DNA of 17,436 bases. It comes from Dehalococcoidia bacterium. Lineage in GTDB: Bacteria; Chloroflexota; Dehalococcoidia; Bin125. Under the pieces are notes generated by a model that was not told the origin of the DNA, searched no databases, and saw nothing but the letters and a program-made list of their open reading frames with translations. The translations under genes were made by a program, and so were the position numbers. Where the stretch lies: assembly GCA_963555985.3 (NCBI GenBank), contig CAUVXV020000008.1:1-17436 (forward strand), given 5' to 3'. Of this stretch, positions 1 through 7,346 are shown in pieces (position 1 is the first letter of the stretch; each line of letters starts with the position of its first letter).

Positions 1-25
1 ATGACGATACTTACTGAACCAGACC

Positions 26-256
26 CTAGATATCGTCCAACGGCTCCGGCGCGAACTCCAGACCCTCCAGATCGTCCTCCATCTCCGCCACTGTCCAGCC
101 CGTCCAGAAGATCAATCCCGTGATCGCCAGCATCAACACCGCCGCCGGCAACGCCACCGCCGCATAGCTCTGCCGCCGCAAGCCGAGCGCAAACCAGAGC
201 GCCTGCAACAGCGCCAAACCCATCAAGACCAAACCGGTCAGCCGTGTCCGCTCCAT
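26..256 (-). CDS. Small hypothetical membrane protein (76 aa, 2 predicted TM helices, acidic C-tail)
   Basis: The 3' part of track ORF 26..424 from the ATG at 256 (MERTRLTGLVLMGLALLQALWFALG...AVLMLAITGLIFWTGW) has two hydrophobic stretches. A TATGCT -10 lies 7 nt upstream of this ATG. The longer start would overlap the divergent gene. Confidence 0.7.
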   Translation of the reverse strand: MERTRLTGLVLMGLALLQALWFALGLRRQSYAAVALPAAVLMLAITGLIFWTGWTVAEMEDDLEGLEFAPEPLDDI

Positions 257-294
257 GCCCACGAGCATATCCGCCGCGTTGATAGACTCGCCCC
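257..294. promoter_or_regulatory. Back-to-back divergent -10 elements, probably leaderless promoters
   Basis: Plus strand: TGA-TAGACT (280-288, extended -10) 6 nt before ATG 295. Minus strand: TATGCT (269-264) 7 nt before ATG 256. No Shine-Dalgarno for either gene. Confidence 0.55.
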
Positions 295-993
295 ATGTCC
301 GACGCCGCCACCGATCCCGCCCCCGAAGCGCTGCGCGAGACCGCCGAAGCGACTGAGCATCCGGCCCAAGAACGCAGCTTCGAGCCGCGCACGGCGGTTG
401 CCGAACCACTCGCTCCACGCTCACTCTTCCTACACCGCCGCGTCGTTCGGATCAGCCCCAAACGGATTGAGATTCGTCCTCCCCGATCCGCCGTGGTCTT
501 TCCAGCAATCGGCGTGGCGGTCACAGCCGGACTGCTCGCCCTGCTCGGTACCTCGGTCGATTCGTTGCCCTTCTGGACCCTGCCCCTGATCCTGCTGGTC
601 GCCGTGCTGCTCTTGCCGCTTTCGGGGATTTCGTTGGTCTACGCCCTCATGGGGGCGCAGATCGTCGCTGACAAGGGCGGACAGAATGTCTCGCTTAAGC
701 AGCGTTTTCTCGGTCTCGGAATCGGCACCAACGAACTGATTCCCTTCTGGAAAATCCGCGAACTGCTGGTGGAGGATGAAGGCCGCGCTGTTGCCCGTGC
801 GACGGGCGAGCTTCCCCGCGAAGAGATCGCCCAGTGGCAGCTGGTGCTGGTCAAGAAGAGCGGTACCCGGCACGTGCTGGGGCAAGTCAGCGTTCCGCGC
901 GAACACGAGGAAGACGGCCTCGATCAAATCTTCGAGGTCGCCGACGCCTTCGCCGCACTCACCGGCGCAGAGATTCGAGGTCCGATCTGGTGA
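295..993 (+). CDS. Hypothetical membrane protein (232 aa, 2 TM helices followed by a soluble beta-rich domain)
   Basis: GC-rich codon usage; hydrophobic segments VVFPAIGVAVTAGLLALLG and LPLILLVAVLLLPLSGISLVYALMG; the stop overlaps the next start (GTGA). Confidence 0.8.
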   Translation: MSDAATDPAPEALRETAEATEHPAQERSFEPRTAVAEPLAPRSLFLHRRVVRISPKRIEIRPPRSAVVFPAIGVAVTAGLLALLGTSVDSLPFWTLPLILLVAVLLLPLSGISLVYALMGAQIVADKGGQNVSLKQRFLGLGIGTNELIPFWKIRELLVEDEGRAVARATGELPREEIAQWQLVLVKKSGTRHVLGQVSVPREHEEDGLDQIFEVADAFAALTGAEIRGPIW

Positions 994-1441
994 CTGAGCA
1001 CAATGAAGCAACCGCTTGGCAAGTCCAAATCGACGCCGACGCCCGCGCCGCACTGGACAAGATGGGCACGATCGCCGTGATCGGCCTCTCCCCAAGACCG
1101 GAACGCGACTCCCATCGCGTCTCCGCCTACATGCAACAGCACGGCTACCGCATCATCCCCGTCAACCCCGCCGCCGTCGGTACGGAAATCCTGGGAGAGA
1201 CGGTCTACGCAGCGCTCGAAGACATCCCCCACGAGTTCGACACTGTCACGTCTTCCGCCGCTCGCACCAGACCGACAAGCCGATCGATGCGGCCATCGCC
1301 GCCCGCGCGCAGGGAGTGCGCCAGGTCTGGCTCCAACTCGGCATCGTCAACCCGGACGGTCTCCGCCGCGCCCGAGCCGCCGGTCTGCGCGCGATTGAGG
1401 ATCGCTGTCTGATGGTGGAGCATCGGCGGCTCGCTCAATAA
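990..1441 (+). CDS. CoA-binding protein, YccU-like (about 150 aa), with a one-base deletion frameshift near 1247
   Basis: One frame gives TIAVIGLSPRPERDSHRVSAYMQQHGYRIIPVNP...GETVYAALEDIP..FDTV. Another frame continues VFRRS...VWLQLGIVN...AGLRAIEDRCLMVEH*. These are the CoA_binding_2 family motifs. GTC-AC-GTC-TTC lacks one base. Confidence 0.88.
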
Positions 1442-1545
1442 CCTGCTCCGCCTATGTCAGCCTGCGCCGCGTTGGTATCAGCGCCCTGGCTGCGCTACAT
1501 TGCAGTCCCGGTAATCCCCGCCTGTTCGTCGAGGGGGGGTTGCAA

Positions 1546-3201
1546 ATGATCACCCCAGCGGTTTCGAGCGAGCGCGTGCATCAGCCGATCAACGCGGCCC
1601 ACTCTGCCCACGGTTGCGCTCCCGCCCTGCCCCAGCATCCCCGTTCCCCGGCGCTTGACGACGCTCCGCACGAGGCCTGCGGCGTCTTCGGTATCTGGTC
1701 GAGTGCGGTCGACGTCGCCCGCGCTACTTTCTACGGCCTCTACGCGCTCCAGCATCGCGGACAGGAGAGCGCCGGCATCTGCACCACCGACCGCGAGCAG
1801 CTCCGTGTCACGACCGGGATGGGGCTGGTTTCGCAGGTCTTCACCGAAGAGCAGGTCGAGCAACTCGATGGAGCCGCTGCTATTGGTCATAACCGCTATT
1901 CGACCACCGGATCCAGCCGCTACCGCAACGCCCAGCCGATCAAACTGACCGATCCCTACAGCGGCGAGGAAGTCGCGATCGCGCACAACGGCAATGTCGT
2001 CAACGCGGTCCAGGTCAAGGCGGAACAGCTCGAAGCCGGCCACCGCTTCGAGACCCAGACCGACACTGAAGTGCTGGCCAAATACATGCTCGATCAACCG
2101 GGCGACTGGCTCGCCCGCACGACCGCGCTGATGCGCCACATCCCCGTCGCCTACTCGTTGGTGCTGCTGACCAACGACCGCCTGATGGCGATCCGCGACC
2201 CCTACGGTGTGCGTCCGCTCTGCATCGGTGAGATTGACGGCGGCTACGTGATCGCCTCCGAGACCTGCGCGCTCAGCAACATCGGCGCGACCTATCTCCG
2301 CGAGGTACGCCCGGGTGAACTGGTGACAATCGACGACGACGGGCTGCGCAGCGCTCAGGCGCTCGAACCCGAACAGCCCGCAGGCTGTGTCTTCGAGCAC
2401 ATCTACTTCGCTCGCCCCGACTCCCAGCTCGACGGGCGCGCCGCCGCCGAATCGCGCGATCGCTTGGGCGCAGAGCTCGCCCGCGAACAGCCTGCCGAAG
2501 CCGATGTCGTGATCGGCGTGCCTGACTCCGCCACCACGCACGCGCTCGCCTACGCACGAGAATCGGGCCTCCCCTACGCCGAGGGACTGGTCAAGAATCG
2601 TTACGTCGGACGCACCTTCATCTCCCCGGATCAGCGCCTGCGCGACCTTGGCGCCCATCTCAAGTACAACACCGTCGATCAGTTCCTGGCCGGCAAGCGC
2701 GTGGTCGTGGTCGATGACACGATCGTGCGCGGCACCACCACGCCCCGGATCGTGCGCCTGTTGCGCGAAGCGGGCGCGACCGAAGTCCATATGCGCGTCG
2801 CCGCGCCCCCGATCCAGATGCCCTGCCACTACGGCGTCGATATGGCTTCGCGCTCCGAACTGCTCGCGGCCACGCACTCGGCAGAGGAGATCCGGCGACA
2901 TATCGAGGCCGACTCGATTGGCTACCTCAGCATCGAAGGGCTGAACCGCGCCCTTCAGCTCGGTAAAACGACCTGTCTCGCCTGTTTCAGCGGCAACTAT
3001 CCCGTCGCCGTCCAAGCCGACTTCGAGGAAGCCCGCGCGATTGATCACAGCGACCTCGCAGCCGCGGCTCCCCTGTATGTCAACGGCGCAGGTCGCAACG
3101 GACATACCCCGCACGAACCGTCCAACAACGGCCGCGGCGGTTGCCCCCGCTGCGATTTCAACGCGCACGCCGACCGTTCATTGGCGGTGGCTGCGCCCTA
3201 G
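1546..3201 (+). CDS. purF: Amidophosphoribosyltransferase (Fe-S, propeptide type)
   Basis: EA|CGVFG Ntn nucleophile, LQHRGQESAGI, IGHNRYSTTG, AHNGN, VVVDDTIVRGTT PRPP loop, Fe-S cysteines (CVFE, PCHYG, CLAC). ATG 1546 follows GAGGGGG; the exact start is uncertain. Confidence 0.97.
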   Translation: MITPAVSSERVHQPINAAHSAHGCAPALPQHPRSPALDDAPHEACGVFGIWSSAVDVARATFYGLYALQHRGQESAGICTTDREQLRVTTGMGLVSQVFTEEQVEQLDGAAAIGHNRYSTTGSSRYRNAQPIKLTDPYSGEEVAIAHNGNVVNAVQVKAEQLEAGHRFETQTDTEVLAKYMLDQPGDWLARTTALMRHIPVAYSLVLLTNDRLMAIRDPYGVRPLCIGEIDGGYVIASETCALSNIGATYLREVRPGELVTIDDDGLRSAQALEPEQPAGCVFEHIYFARPDSQLDGRAAAESRDRLGAELAREQPAEADVVIGVPDSATTHALAYARESGLPYAEGLVKNRYVGRTFISPDQRLRDLGAHLKYNTVDQFLAGKRVVVVDDTIVRGTTTPRIVRLLREAGATEVHMRVAAPPIQMPCHYGVDMASRSELLAATHSAEEIRRHIEADSIGYLSIEGLNRALQLGKTTCLACFSGNYPVAVQADFEEARAIDHSDLAAAAPLYVNGAGRNGHTPHEPSNNGRGGCPRCDFNAHADRSLAVAAP

Positions 3202-3213
3202 GTCAGGTTTCCT

Positions 3214-3246
3214 CCGTCATTCCCGCGCTCCGTCGCGGGAATCTCG
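3214..3246 (+). repeat. CGTC-type REP palindrome, copy 1
   Basis: CCGTCATTCCCGCG-CTCCGT-CGCGGGAATCTCG; related copies at 11786 and 13217. Confidence 0.85.
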
Positions 3247-3315
3247 CCGAGTGCTGCACCGTCGTTTCATCCTGAGGAAAGCCCGTCCGAATCGCTTGCG
3301 CAGGCGCAACCTCCT

Positions 3316-3356
3316 TGCTCATCACATCGAGATGCCTGCGGCAAACCCGGGGTATG
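3316..3356 (-). repeat. Degenerate inverted REP copy
   Basis: The minus strand reads CATACCCCGGGTTTGCCGCAGGCATCTCGATGTGATGAGCA, which aligns to CATACCCGCGCTCCGCCGCGGGTATCTCGATGTGAGCA at 11790-11827. Confidence 0.7.
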
Positions 3357-3453
3357 TGGGAGGTTGGGAATTCTGAATGGCTTGGCGTCTTCTGCTTGGA
3401 GGCCATGTGGACAAGCCCTAGCACACTCGGGCATCTCTCTTTAGCCTTGCGAC

Positions 3454-3474
3454 GGTGCATCAAATTGATGCACC
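3454..3474. promoter_or_regulatory. Perfect inverted repeat upstream of purM, candidate operator
   Basis: GGTGCATCAA-A-TTGATGCACC: 10-bp arms with a 1-nt spacer, ending 45 nt before the purM ATG. Confidence 0.55.
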
Positions 3475-3519
3475 AAGTATGCAGCGAGGGCACGTCCGCG
3501 TAGTTCCGGGAAGTCGACA

Positions 3520-4602
3520 ATGGTCACCCGCACACACCCGTCGCCTTTATCAGCGCCGCGATACGCCGATGCCGGCGTCAACGTGGACGAAAACGACCGC
3601 CTGATTCCGCAGTACCGAAAGCTTGCTGAGCTGGCTAGTCGGCCGGAAGTGATTGGCGGTGTGGGTCTCTTCAGTGGTGCCTTCGCGCTAGATCTCGCCG
3701 GGTACGAGCAGCCGACTCTCATCGCATCAACCGATGGTGTGGGAACGAAGGTGCTAGTGGCGAGCATGGCCGGTATCTTTGACGGCATTGGTCGTGATCT
3801 CGTCAATCACTGCATTGACGACGTAATCACGGATGGAGCAGAGCCTCTGTTCTTCTTGGACTACTTGGCAACAGGAGGACTCTCAGAGAGCAACAAGGTC
3901 GCGATCGTCCAGGGAGTAGCTGAGGCGTGTCATGAAAATGAGGTGGCGCTCTTAGGCGGCGAAACGGCTGACATGCCTGATCTCTACCCTCTTGGCGAAT
4001 TTGACCTCGCGGGGACCATGATCGGAGTCGTGGACCGCGAGAATCTGATCACAGGTAGTGAGATTCAGACTGGTGACGTCTTGCTTGGGTTGCCGAGCGA
4101 CGGGTTGCACACCAATGGATACTCCCTAGCTCGGGAAGTGTTCCATCTGCGCCCTACAGACGGACAACGCCAGGAGATACGCGACCAGCTGCTGGCGCAC
4201 GAGCCTGTTCTGGGTGAATCCCTTGCAGATGCCCTCCTGCGCCCGCATCGCGCGTATTGGACGGACCTGAGAGATCACTTGGCAGACATCAAAGGCATTG
4301 CACACATCACAGGCGGCGGGATCCCAGGAAATCTTGCGCGGATTTTGCCTGACGCTTGTGCTGCCGAGATTCAGCGTGGCACCTGGGATGAGCTGCCGAT
4401 TTTCGGGCTGATTCAGCAGCGCGGCATGATCTCAGACGAAGAGATGTTCCGGGTCTTCAATATGGGATTGGGCATGATTGTTGCCACGTCGGCAAGTGAG
4501 GCTGAATCCCTGTGCATGGCCTTGCCGGACGCCCGCGAGGTTGGGCGGATTGTCGACCGCAACACCGACACGCCACCCGTGACGATCATGGAGGTCTGTT
4601 GA
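3520..4602 (+). CDS. purM: Phosphoribosylformylglycinamidine cyclo-ligase (AIR synthetase)
   Basis: YADAGV, STDGVGTK, GAEPLFFLDY, LLGGETADMP, GLHTNGYSL, AHITGGG, FNMGLGM motifs. Confidence 0.97.
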   Translation: MVTRTHPSPLSAPRYADAGVNVDENDRLIPQYRKLAELASRPEVIGGVGLFSGAFALDLAGYEQPTLIASTDGVGTKVLVASMAGIFDGIGRDLVNHCIDDVITDGAEPLFFLDYLATGGLSESNKVAIVQGVAEACHENEVALLGGETADMPDLYPLGEFDLAGTMIGVVDRENLITGSEIQTGDVLLGLPSDGLHTNGYSLAREVFHLRPTDGQRQEIRDQLLAHEPVLGESLADALLRPHRAYWTDLRDHLADIKGIAHITGGGIPGNLARILPDACAAEIQRGTWDELPIFGLIQQRGMISDEEMFRVFNMGLGMIVATSASEAESLCMALPDAREVGRIVDRNTDTPPVTIMEVC

Positions 4603-4621
4603 GACCAAGTCGCGGTCAGAG

Positions 4622-4668
4622 AAGATCACAGGGGTGATCTTGACCGAGTATCAGCGCCGCCTTACATT
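4622..4668 (+). promoter_or_regulatory. Sigma70-type promoter with abutting palindromic operator for the Rieske/cytochrome b operon
   Basis: TTGACC (4640-4645), 17-nt spacer, TACATT (4663-4668). AAGATCAC-AGGG-GTGATCTT (4622-4641) overlaps the -35. Confidence 0.6.
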
Positions 4669-4735
4669 TTCTGAGCGCCCGTATCGAGCACGGCGGCGGG
4701 CGATTGGCCAACACCCATTGGGGGAGAGGTAGCCG

Positions 4736-4867
4736 GTGGACCTGCTCGTATCCGCCCTTGTCACGATTCCTTTCCGCTCCGAGATCATGGAGCTGCCGCT
4801 CGTCGGGCTGACGATGCTCTTCTGCTTCGGCGCGCTCGTCATCCTCGGACGCTGGTGGGAGCGCTAA
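4736..4867 (+). CDS. Small membrane protein (43 aa), first gene of the cytochrome operon; not in the ORF track
   Basis: GTG start after GGGAGAGG. Translation MDLLVSALVTIPFRSEIMELPLVGLTMLFCFGALVILGRWWER*. One TM helix; stop 6 nt before the cytochrome b ATG; GC-rich third positions. Confidence 0.7.
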   Translation: MDLLVSALVTIPFRSEIMELPLVGLTMLFCFGALVILGRWWER

Positions 4868-4873
4868 CCGACC

Positions 4874-5630
4874 ATGGCCAATCTCGAACGCGCACCGCGC
4901 AAGTCCATGAACGAGCAGCTCTACGACCTGCTCTTCAAAAACTACGTCTGGCAGTCGATCTTCCGCACCGGTTACCCGAACACCCCGCGTAATCAGATGC
5001 TCGCGGTGGCGACCAACGTCTTCCTCCATCTCCACCCCACGCGGATCCACCGCACCCACGTCAAGATCACCCACACCTACTGCCTCGGCGGTCTCTCCTT
5101 CTTCATGTTCCTCGGCCTCACCGTCACCGGGGTGCTCTTGATGTTCTACTACGTCCCCTCGGTCGAACGCGCCTATCAGGACATCCAGGCGCTCGAAACC
5201 AACGTCCGCTTCGGACAGCCTCCTGCGCAACATGCACCGCTGGATGGCGCACGCGATGATCATCCTCGTGCTCTTGCACATGATGCGCGTCTTCTACACC
5301 GGCGCCTACAAGCCCCCGCGTGAGTTCAACTGGGTCGTCGGCGTCGTCCTCTTCATCCTCACCCTGCTGCTCAGCTTCACCGGCTACCTCCTCCCCTGGG
5401 ATCAGCTCGCGTTCTGGGCCGTCACCGTCGGTACCACGATGGTCGGTTCGGCCCCGGTGCTCGGCGACGAGAGCAAGTTCCTGCTCCTGGGCGGCTTCTC
5501 GGTCGGCCCCGGCGCACTGATCCGCTTCTACACCCTGCATGTGATCGGGCTGCCGCTCGTGATCTCGATCTTCATGGCCGTCCACTTCTGGAGAGTGCGC
5601 CGCGACGGCGGACTCGCCCGGCCGCTGTAG
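4874..5630 (+). CDS. petB: Cytochrome b6-like subunit (about 251 aa) of a Rieske/cytochrome b complex, with a one-base insertion frameshift near 5219
   Basis: TYCLGGLSF...[15 protein letters not shown] in ORF 4874, continuing [11 protein letters not shown]...[41 protein letters not shown]...VHFW in ORF 5232. All four heme-ligand His are present. Confidence 0.93.
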
Positions 5631-5648
5631 CGCTGCGGAGCAGGCATC

Positions 5649-6548
5649 ATGGTCAGTCGCGCCGCTGCCGCCATTCGCACCCGCCCGCGCCGAGAGCGCG
5701 AGGCCGAAGTCTTGGTCTGGCCCGACCTCGTCTTCATCGAGTTCATCTCCGCCCTGATCTTCTCCGTCGCCCTGATGGTGCTCTCGGCGATGGTCAACGC
5801 GCCCTTGCTCAACCGCGCCGACCCCGACACCACGCCCAACCCTTCCAAAGCGCCCTGGTACTTCCTCAACCTCCAGGAACTGCTCCTCCACATGGAGCCC
5901 GCCTGGGCCGGTGTGATCGTGCCCACCATCGTCCTCGTCTTGCTCGCCGCCATCCCCTACTGGGATCGCGACACCGAAGGTCAGGGCGTCTGGTTCGGCA
6001 CCAAGTTCGCCGGACGCCTCGCCGTCTTCGGTTTCACCGCCTCGGTCATGATCACCAGCCTGCTGATCATCTACGACGGCTCGCTCCACGTGATCTGGAC
6101 CGAGAACATCATCCGCGGCCTTGGCCTCAACTCCGACTTCAGCTGGCCGGGAGGCCTCGACTGGTTCCGCAACCTGCGAGGACTTGATACCGGCATCCCT
6201 TGGGAGTCGATCGGTTTCACGATCGGCGACTTCAAGATGTTCGAGGACTGGCGAGCCATTCCCTTAGGCATCCCCGGCACCACCACCGATCCGTGGCTGC
6301 TCAACCTCAACTTCCCCTCCTTCCTCTCACAACAGCTCGTGCCTGTCGCCACCATGGTCGGCCTGCCCGTCCTCTTCGTGCTCTTCTGCAAGCTGCTCGG
6401 CTGGATTCAGACCCGCCGCGACATCGCCCTGCTCATCTTCTCGGCCTTCATCGGCGTCTACCTCACGACCACCATCGTCGGTACTGCCTTCCGCGGTCAG
6501 GGCCAGGACCTCAAGCCGCCCTGGGACATCGTGGTGTTGGAGGAGTAA
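5649..6548 (+). CDS. petD: Cytochrome b subunit IV (PetD/QcrC-like), C-terminally extended (299 aa)
   Basis: VWPDLV, ADPDTTPNPSKAPWYFL (PEWY-equivalent), LAAIPYWDR; adjacent to cytochrome b6. Confidence 0.85.
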   Translation: MVSRAAAAIRTRPRREREAEVLVWPDLVFIEFISALIFSVALMVLSAMVNAPLLNRADPDTTPNPSKAPWYFLNLQELLLHMEPAWAGVIVPTIVLVLLAAIPYWDRDTEGQGVWFGTKFAGRLAVFGFTASVMITSLLIIYDGSLHVIWTENIIRGLGLNSDFSWPGGLDWFRNLRGLDTGIPWESIGFTIGDFKMFEDWRAIPLGIPGTTTDPWLLNLNFPSFLSQQLVPVATMVGLPVLFVLFCKLLGWIQTRRDIALLIFSAFIGVYLTTTIVGTAFRGQGQDLKPPWDIVVLEE

Positions 6549-6551
6549 CAG

Positions 6552-7283
6552 GTGGCCAACGGATCAGATCAGTCCACGGGTGAAGGCGGACGCCAGCGCC
6601 GCCTGCCGGCCGCATCGGAGCCCTCCGGCGGCTCGCGCCCGCAACGCGCTCCGCATCTCGCCTCCACCGCCCGCCGCGGCGTGGTCGAAGCCGGCGCAGG
6701 CGAACGCGCGATCGTCACGCGCGCCCAGCGTCGTCGCGCCCGCCAGGGACAGGTCAGCCGGCGCCAACTCCTGCGCGTCTCCTTCTGGGGCTTCTTCACC
6801 TTCGGCCTCACCGGTGGACTCGGCGCCTTCCTCTCCAACTTCTGGCCACGCAACGTCACCGGCTTCGGCGGCAAGATCTCCGTCGCCGCCTCCGATGTCC
6901 CCGCCGCCGGCGACAACCCCGAACCGATCCAGATCGGCAAGTTCTACCTCGCCCACCTCCGCGCCGGCGAAGGTACCCACGCCGGCTTCGGCGAAGAAGG
7001 CGACGAGGGCCTGCTCGCGCTCTGGTGGAAGTGCCCCCATCTCGGTTGCACCATCCCCTGGCGGCCGGGCTTCCCCTTCGAGGGCGTCACCGGCTGGTTC
7101 CGCTGCCCCTGTCACGGCTCCACCTACACCCGCGGCGGCATCCGCGTCTTCGGACCCGCCCCGCGACCGATGGACACGATGGACATCACCGTCAACAACG
7201 ACGGCTCGCTCAGCGTCGACACCGGCAAAATCACCAAGGGCGGCCAGGACAACCCCAAGCGCACCACGAGCTACAACGTCTGA
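6552..7283 (+). CDS. petC: Rieske 2Fe-2S subunit with Tat signal anchor
   Basis: CPHLGC and CPCHGSTY boxes, GPAPRPM, SRRQLL twin-arginine motif followed by a TM helix; GGAGGAG upstream of the GTG. Confidence 0.93.
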   Translation: MANGSDQSTGEGGRQRRLPAASEPSGGSRPQRAPHLASTARRGVVEAGAGERAIVTRAQRRRARQGQVSRRQLLRVSFWGFFTFGLTGGLGAFLSNFWPRNVTGFGGKISVAASDVPAAGDNPEPIQIGKFYLAHLRAGEGTHAGFGEEGDEGLLALWWKCPHLGCTIPWRPGFPFEGVTGWFRCPCHGSTYTRGGIRVFGPAPRPMDTMDITVNNDGSLSVDTGKITKGGQDNPKRTTSYNV

Positions 7284-7301
7284 TCCGGCGCAACTGCCGG
7301 A
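7284..7301 (+). other. Intergenic stem-loop between the Rieske and cytochrome c genes
   Basis: TCCGGC-GCAACT-GCCGGA with no U-tract. Confidence 0.35.
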
Positions 7302-7346
7302 ACCAACCCAACCGCCAGCGACAGCAAAGGCAGTGGACATTCAGCC

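Noticed and set aside
1442-1545. Known purine, PRPP (ykkC) or ZTP riboswitch upstream of purF
   Set aside because: No consensus elements were recognised by eye; an Rfam scan would be needed to exclude one formally.
1495-3168. 557-aa minus-strand ORF, and similar long antisense ORFs at 5124-6089, 6564-7340, 10074-11630 and 13292-14020
   Set aside because: These are shadows of well-supported plus-strand genes in high-GC DNA and contain no recognisable motifs.
3203-3520. 105-aa minus-strand ORF between purF and purM
   Set aside because: It runs through two REP copies and the palindrome, has no convincing RBS and does not look protein-like.
5205-5235. Programmed ribosomal frameshift in cytochrome b
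   Set aside because: No slippery heptamer is present, and two other genes show similar isolated indels, which favours sequence error.
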